Below the pieces are notes generated by a model. It did no database searches. It was given only the letters and a program-made list of their open reading frames with translations, and was not told the origin of the DNA. Shown in pieces: positions 43,931-50,400 of a DNA stretch of 50,400 nt. Every line of letters begins with the position of its first letter. Position 1 is the stretch's first letter. The DNA lies in contig CAJVPI010000134.1 of the NCBI GenBank assembly GCA_910592345.1, forward strand, positions 1 to 50,400, read 5' to 3'. The DNA is from Paraglomus brasilianum. Its lineage: Eukaryota. The position numbers and the translations under genes were made by a program.

Positions 43931-44897
43931 ATGGTAAAGACCAAAGGGAAGGATTCGGGAAGTAAGGATAAAGGCAGTAAGGATAAAGGCAGTAAGGATA
44001 AAGGTAGTAAGGATAAGGGAGGAAATAAGAAAAAAGGAGGAAAGGCGCAAGAGAGTGGAAAAGGTAAGTTGAACGTGGCAAGGAAGGTGAAAGTCAAACA
44101 TATCGAATGTTTTGGTATTGATACACGCATATCCGTATTTCTACCAATATTAGACGATAGTAAGGACAGTAAATTGAAGGGTAATACGATCAAGGTGAGT
44201 ATGTTTCTTTCGCAAGCATTAGACTAGAATTGTAAAATAAAGCTAGTCCTGCATATTTGGTGCTAATCCTGTTATGATAGGTTCGGCATATTCTCTGTGA
44301 GAAACACTCGAAGGTAAAATTTGGTTTGACAGATAAACGATTGAAGGCAGGCAGTCAACGATTCGCTTAGCTCATTAATTACTACGCATCGATTCCAATC
44401 AGGCTCTGGAAGCATTACAAAAATTAAAAGAGAGCGAACGCTTTGACAAAGTAGCTGCGGAATACAGCGAAGACAAAGCAAGACAAGGAGGCATGTGTAG
44501 AACGGTTATCGTCGATTGATACAACTTTTTTTGCGCGGATAATCATCAGAGGGAAAATAACTTTGGACGCTTCGTTGTCATAGGTGATCTTGGCTGGCGT
44601 ATGCGTGGAACATTGTTACAAGAATTTGAGAAAGCTGCATTCAACTTACCAACAAGTACGGTTGGTAAGTTACAATTCGTAATTTAGATGACGTCCTTGT
44701 TAAGAGTAAAAAAAAACGGGCTGTTTATTCAGTTATTCGCTAGATTCACCGATATATACTCCTGAACCTGTGCGAACGTCAGAAGGATACCATATAATAA
44801 TGGTTGTAAGTATAATCATTATGTTAGTGCTTTGTTATATGTGTTTCTGTTTAGGAATTGACCGCTTGTCTATGTGTAATAGGAAGGAAGAAAATGA
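43931..44897 (+). CDS. PIN4: Parvulin-type peptidyl-prolyl isomerase PIN4/Par14, multi-exon with one GC-AG intron
   Basis: Basic K/G-rich N-terminus; [57 protein letters not shown]. Confidence 0.95.
43961..44020 (+). repeat. 15-bp coding repeat AGTAAGGATAARGGN x4 (SKDKG)
   Basis: Seen directly in the PIN4 first exon. Confidence 0.85.
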
Positions 44898-45793
44898 TAT
44901 CTCTGATGGAATGAAGAAAATAATTTTGGAGGATGTATCACTCGTTATTCCCCACACACTCAGTGCCAGGTTATAACCAGCCCTGGATGCCACTGCCTCT
45001 GTCTAATATACATAGTAATTAATTATCAGGAAAAACGGGAACAATGAATTTCCCTTATCGAAACTCTTTTTTGGCTAATTATAAAATTCTCTGTATTGGG
45101 AGACCCTCACACCATCGGTTTGCTCATTCAAAAAGTGTCAGATGATGACCTTTTCTTCCTACTAAATCATTTTGAATTGGATCACGAGAATTTATTACAA
45201 TGAGAACATCGACAGCAAAACGGCCATGGAATCTTATTCTATTTAACGTATTTACATAAATTATCCCTCTCTCCTTCAGGAAAGGGATTATTATTATAGC
45301 TGCAATGTTTGGATCGAGTAATCGCGTGCATAAATACTGAACAATAGAACAATAGAGAATTAAACTAATGATAGAGCTTAACATGAAAATGTCTCGCTTC
45401 CTACAAGCCTTTCCTCTTTGTCTATCCACATTGAACTTCCTCCAGGGTGTTCACGAGCATCTGTTTGGATTTAGGCTCAAACTCCGATCACTGTGATGGC
45501 AGACCTACAACTACCTGGAATAAGCTATCGTATTCGGCTCAGTTTCACAAGTCATAGTCATCTATTACGGACGAATTTAACCAGACTATGCGTTGATAGC
45601 TCCTGGCTGTTATGCATAAGTGAAGAAAGTCTTAACAATCGACTTGATATAAATGGTGCTCAGTTCGTATGATTTATAAATAAAGAATCATTGAGTATAG
45701 TTATATATACATGAAACGAAATCAGAGCTAACATAAAGCCCAAAATTTACCGTTACTATCGCAAAAACAGTAATTCAAGCATGTACAGACACG

Positions 45794-47530
45794 TTAACCG
45801 TATCGTGTACCACTGTACAATTTTTTCCCCAATACCGGTTTTCGTTTGCTGCTTTCAAACCGCTTGAGCCGATCGCGCAATGACCGATTCGAATCCGTAC
45901 CATTGTCCAATGAAGTCGTGGCGGTTTTCGCCGTCGAATTAGATTTTGAATCTGAATCTTTTTGGACCTTTTTCTGAATCTTTGCATTTCCGGTATTAGA
46001 CAGTTTAGCATAAAATTCGGCAGGTGTTAGCGGAACAGACGTATTAGGCCAAGGAGTTGTCTGGAAGTTTCTTTTCTTTGAACCCGGTGATGAAGTTATT
46101 GGAGTCTTGGAGCTGTCTAACCCCCCTTGCGCCAGCTTTGGGCCAGTACTAGTCCTTACGTTATACGTTGTAACCGGAGTAAACTGCATCGAATTGGATA
46201 TTGGAGAAGGATCAGTAAGTTCCATAGCGCTTGTTAATCTCGAATCAGTCCTATTATTTCTCGAAACATTAATAGGCAAATCTTTAGATATTTTGGAGGA
46301 GCGAGTGTGCTCGCTACTTGGGACTGCAGGATTGTAAAAGATATTCGTTTCCTTATTAATGGTGTCCAACTTTGTTGTTATATTTTTCATTGCGTTGTCC
46401 ACTCTACGATCATTTGTGACCTCGCTTCCTGAAGTCTTCGCTTGATCATATCTTTTAATGCCGTGCAACTGAGCAGAATCCTGATAAGCAAGCGGTGAAC
46501 TGGGTTTCGGCGAGTTTCTAGTATCCGTATGCGATTGATTGGATGACAAGCCTCTCGTTTCTCCTGGCATGCGTGAACGTGAATGGGATCGTCGCAACAG
46601 GGGGCTTACTCTTGGCATATCCAGTATTCCCGATATGTTATCGTCGTCCAGGTTTATCTCATGATCTGCAAACAAACGCCAAGAGTTTTTGTCATCATTA
46701 ACGACAGCACTTTTGCGGTTCGACATCAAGTTTGTTTGTAATTCCTCCATCGGAGCCGTATGTGCTTTAATTGTTTGACTTGATGTTACGTCGTTTGTTT
46801 TGAGATCATCTGTTGGGTTAGAATTTTGTGTCCATTTTCCTTTGGTTGTCGAATTTTGTATCGTGTTTTTAAGATCTTGAATAGTTTCGTTCGCTTTTTG
46901 AAGCTTATCTCGTAGATCCTCTATTTCCCTTCGCAGCTCGACGTTCTATCAAAAATAAAAAGGATAAGTAACTGAAGTCGGGTGTATTTATCAAGGAAAC
47001 CAAAAATCGAAACGTGCAAGTCTTTCGACAGAGTATGTTTAATTTATAGCTTGTATATTGCGGCGTCTTGGCTTCGTGTTTGTCATAATCAATCACCACA
47101 AAAAATATGGACATACCTTTTGGGCAAGATTCGATTTATCAGTTAGATGAAACAGCTGCAGTTTTAGGTCAAAGTTCTGTTTCTTTAAGTCCGACACCAA
47201 CTGAATTATAATATAGTAGAGTAAGAGTAAAAAAGAAAATAAAATAAAAAGAAATAAATGGCATATTCTGGCAGTGAAAACACTGTTATAGATGCACAGT
47301 TGAACGTAAGAAACACGTTTCTATTGACATATGTCTCCGTGACGCACCTTTTCTGATTCTCTAATAGATAAATTCTGACCTTTACGAATACCCATTCTTT
47401 GGCTGACAGAATTTTCTGAATTAAGACGATTCTTTATATTCCTTAATGGTACGTGTCTTGGCCTCTTTGCATCAAGCGCCCCTGAGTCATGGATCAGCAG
47501 GCCTTCGTTTTTGACGGAAGTCTTATTCAT
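45794..47530 (-). CDS. CM1 (centrosomin motif 1, Cnn_1N) protein, about 472 aa; exons 47530-47348, 47200-47117, 46945-45794
   Basis: Spliced LSIRESEK|LVSDLKKQNFDLKLQLFHL matches the gamma-tubulin-complex-binding CM1 consensus. It is followed by a short coiled coil and a long S/T/P-rich tail. The 3' end is uncertain. Confidence 0.75.
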
Positions 47531-47817
47531 GGATATTAAAATAGGCTGGTTTGGTCGTAAGTTAACCGACTATTATTAAGAGTCGAAGGTGTGAAGCGAG
47601 ATATTTTTAGGGGGACAACAATACAGGCGCGACTAAATATTCATGTTACACGGGGGTTTCGATTGGGTAATTGCATCTTGTGAGACCTCTGTTATTATTA
47701 TTTTGAAACGCGAAAATTAGCGGCAGTCATGTGTTCAAATTGTTCATTATAATTACATAGTCAAAAAATCGACGGGCTGTTTAATATTAAGATACAGAGT
47801 TTTATGAAAATATTTGG

Positions 47818-48800
47818 TTATATTGGACTACATTTTGCGTAAATTACGCAATACCAATTTCGTATCACTAGAGTAATCTGATCAAAAGTTTGTCTAGCTT
47901 CTGAAGGAAAGATATTTGGTAACTGATTTAAAAGAGATTGCAAGTCCGTTTCGTTATCATCAGGTAAATCAATAAATTCATTGACCGGTCTTGTCCCAAT
48001 TGATAGCATCTTTGATATTAAATGACTTCGGCATGGAAGGTGAGATAAGATTTTGTGGATACTGCTTCGTCGTAGAGGCAGCCATTCGAGATTGGCAGAA
48101 TAGTTTGCGATACTGAGTCTGACATAATGAGTTAGAGTGAGTTTATAGATAAAGAATTTCGAAAATAATAAAATTACCTTAAAACTATAAATAATTCCGG
48201 CATCGCGCGGTTGCAAGTGAGCCGTAGTATTAGGGGGAAGATAATGTACCGTGATGTTAGACAATGTGGTATCTTTGTAGAGTGAGTGACAAGCAGCATT
48301 ATCGACGAGCAAAAGAATATTTTGTTTCTGCCGTTGCATGAGGGAATTTATTCTGTTAAAATAATGGTTAAAGATGGAGCTTTGCATCCACGCTTTTTTA
48401 TTCCAGTAATATTAAACTAGTAAACTTGATTTTTCGATATTTTTGATTGGGCGAGGGTTTTCGAACTTGTGAATAGAGAGAGGCGGGAATTTTTCCTCAC
48501 CCGCTGCGAAGTTCTTTAGACTTTTTCGTGCCAGAAACAGGCCGAGTTGATAAGGTTCGTGTTGGCTCCATTCGCCAACATAGTACGGTTTCATCAGCAT
48601 TAAAATGTTGCACAATTCGTAAGCAGAAGTGATTTCTCTTAGTTCTGCCGGTAATTCTCTAGATCTTCCAATGGTGTACTGTTTTCCTCTCCTATTCTTT
48701 AATGTGAATTCGGTTCTTGAAATTTTCCAGCCATCCGTTTGAGCCATATGATGTGGCCAGACACTGACTGATTGTCGTTTACTGCATTCTCACCAGAGCT
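47818..48800 (-). mobile_element. pogo/Tigger-like (DDE_1, CENP-B-like) transposase relic with a spliceosomal intron
   Basis: WNKKAWMQSSIF...ILLLVDNAACH...YLPPNTTAHLQPRDAGIIYSFK|TQYRKL. Upstream frames are broken (GWKISR, IHKFENPR). Confidence 0.85.
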
Positions 48801-49029
48801 TTTTCTAGATTTGGTTTCTGCTGTTGGGGAGGTCGCATCCAACACATAGTTGTAAAGGCTACAGTATTAAGTAACTATCCAAGATTTGTGACAATGTTGA
48901 TGATCTAGTGGAAATAGTACTTTTGTTGTTGGCAATTCTTGCACAAACTGGCCAGTGAAGGCAGGGTCTGTAGCTCAGGTTGTAATACTTAAAGTCAAGA
49001 TTCAGTGAATGATGGTCCCAAATAAATGG

Positions 49030-49705
49030 AATTATCCCAATCGAAAACCACGATGTACTGTATGTGTAACATAAATATTTAGTCGCGCCTGTCCCTAAAT
49101 ATAAGATATCAAACTTCTTTGGCTGTTAAGATCTTGAATAGTTTCGTTCGCTTTTTGAAGCTTTCCCCCGTAGAGTTATAGATGCACAATTGAACGTAAG
49201 GAACGCGTTTTCTATAACATATATCCCATTTCTGATCCTCCAATAGGTAAATTACGAATACCCATTCCAGAATTTTCTGAAACTGGCACGAAATTCTAAC
49301 CCAACAGATTATCTCAAAACAAACGACGTAAACGATTGAAGCGCATACGGTTTCGGTAGAGGAATTACAAACAAACTTGACGTCGAACCGCAAAATAGAG
49401 ATGACAAAAACTCTTGGCGTTTGTTCACGGATCACGAGATAAACCTGACGACGACAACATGTCGGGAATACCGGATATGCCAAGAGTAAGCCCCTTCTCC
49501 CATTCACGTTCACGCATGCCAGGAGAAACGAGATGATTGTCATCCAATCAATCGCATACAGATACTAGAAACTCGCTGAAACCCAGTTCACCGCTTGCTT
49601 ATCAGGATTCTGCTCAGTTGCACGGCATTAAAAGATATGATCAAGCGAAGACTCCAAGAAGCGAGGTCACAAATGATCGTAGAGTGGACAACGCGAAGAA
49701 AAAAT
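49030..49705 (+). pseudogene. Rearranged, deletion-riddled inverted duplicate of the CM1 gene and its upstream region
   Basis: 49290-49705 is reverse-complementary to about 46830-46380. 49126-49281 matches 46869-46906 and 47285-47420 in direct orientation. 49064-49091 is inverted to 47624-47651 (27/28). Confidence 0.85.
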
Positions 49706-50354
49706 ACGTTGGTCAACCTGAAGAAACAGTAATGGTTGAGACAGCTAGGCCCAGTACTCCACCATCACAGCTGATCACAACTGTAGCTGAGCAAAATACT
49801 CCAACCAAGGGTGGAAAATGAATGAGTAAGTTGGAGCACCATGGAAAAGCAATACCGTATAACAACAAGGCACCAATCCACAAAGCACCTTTTGACATGG
49901 CCTGGTCGGAGCACTTTGAGTGATGAATTTGAGGCAAAGTTGGCCTGATTGTTTCAAACAGATATCCCAGAATGTATAGCAAATCTCGTCCCTTTCAGTC
50001 GTTGTTTAATGTTCCAACAATAATAGTAATTGGCAACAGACGCAGTTTAGATAATCATTTCAAATAAATTACGAGTTTAATGTTACAATACACGTGCGTT
50101 GAAATATCTGTATCAAGTATGCTACTGACTCAAGGCTGGAAGGATCACGGATCGAAAGCTTACGACTCCTTTCATCCATATCAAATGACATATTCACGGC
50201 AACCTAAACTCCTCCTAGTCAATAATGCGTGTAATTGTGTGATTGATCAAGACTGAGATATGTCATATGTTCGAACGTGAGGGAAAAGCATTATTGCAAC
50301 CGATTTACATACAGTGTGTAACAAAAAAAAACCGGATATTTTTTTATACGACGT

Positions 50355-50373
50355 AAACGCGTCTTACGCGTTT
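50355..50373. promoter_or_regulatory. Paired MCB-like elements (ACGCGT x2)
   Basis: AAACGCGT-CTT-ACGCGTTT. Any target gene would lie beyond the window. Confidence 0.35.
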
Positions 50374-50400
50374 GTTTCTTGTCCGATTTGGGAGATTTAA

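Overview
Intron-rich, AT-rich eukaryotic DNA from an early-diverging fungus, most likely Mucoromycota/Glomeromycotina. This is inferred from short GT-AG introns, fungalysin, GDP-mannose dehydratase and an 'HRDxHSGN' kinase with CxxC/WTSGN N-terminal modules. Recognisable genes are RPN11, LSM12, an AIM18/AIM46-type chalcone-isomerase-fold gene, GMD, an F-box/WD40 gene, a secreted Cys/Gly-rich surface protein plus a dead paralog, HSP104, a multi-module TKL kinase, fungalysin (M36), carnitine acetyltransferase, parvulin PIN4 and a CM1 (centrosomin motif) gene. A kinase-like ORF runs off the left edge. Mobile DNA comprises a decayed Tc1-like element with intact TIRs, a second Tc1 relic, an intron-containing pogo/DDE_1 relic and a candidate 118-bp MITE. 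The most notable observations are: (1) an AT-AC minor (U12-type) intron in LSM12 with two in-frame AC acceptors; (2) a cryptic upstream exon that could make carnitine acetyltransferase dual-targeted through a 55-nt intron; (3) a rearranged inverted copy of the CM1 gene with an internal re-inverted (antisense) block; (4) a kinase built from three tandem Cys4/N-lobe modules sharing an intron position. Exon boundaries were read by eye and no database search was run.
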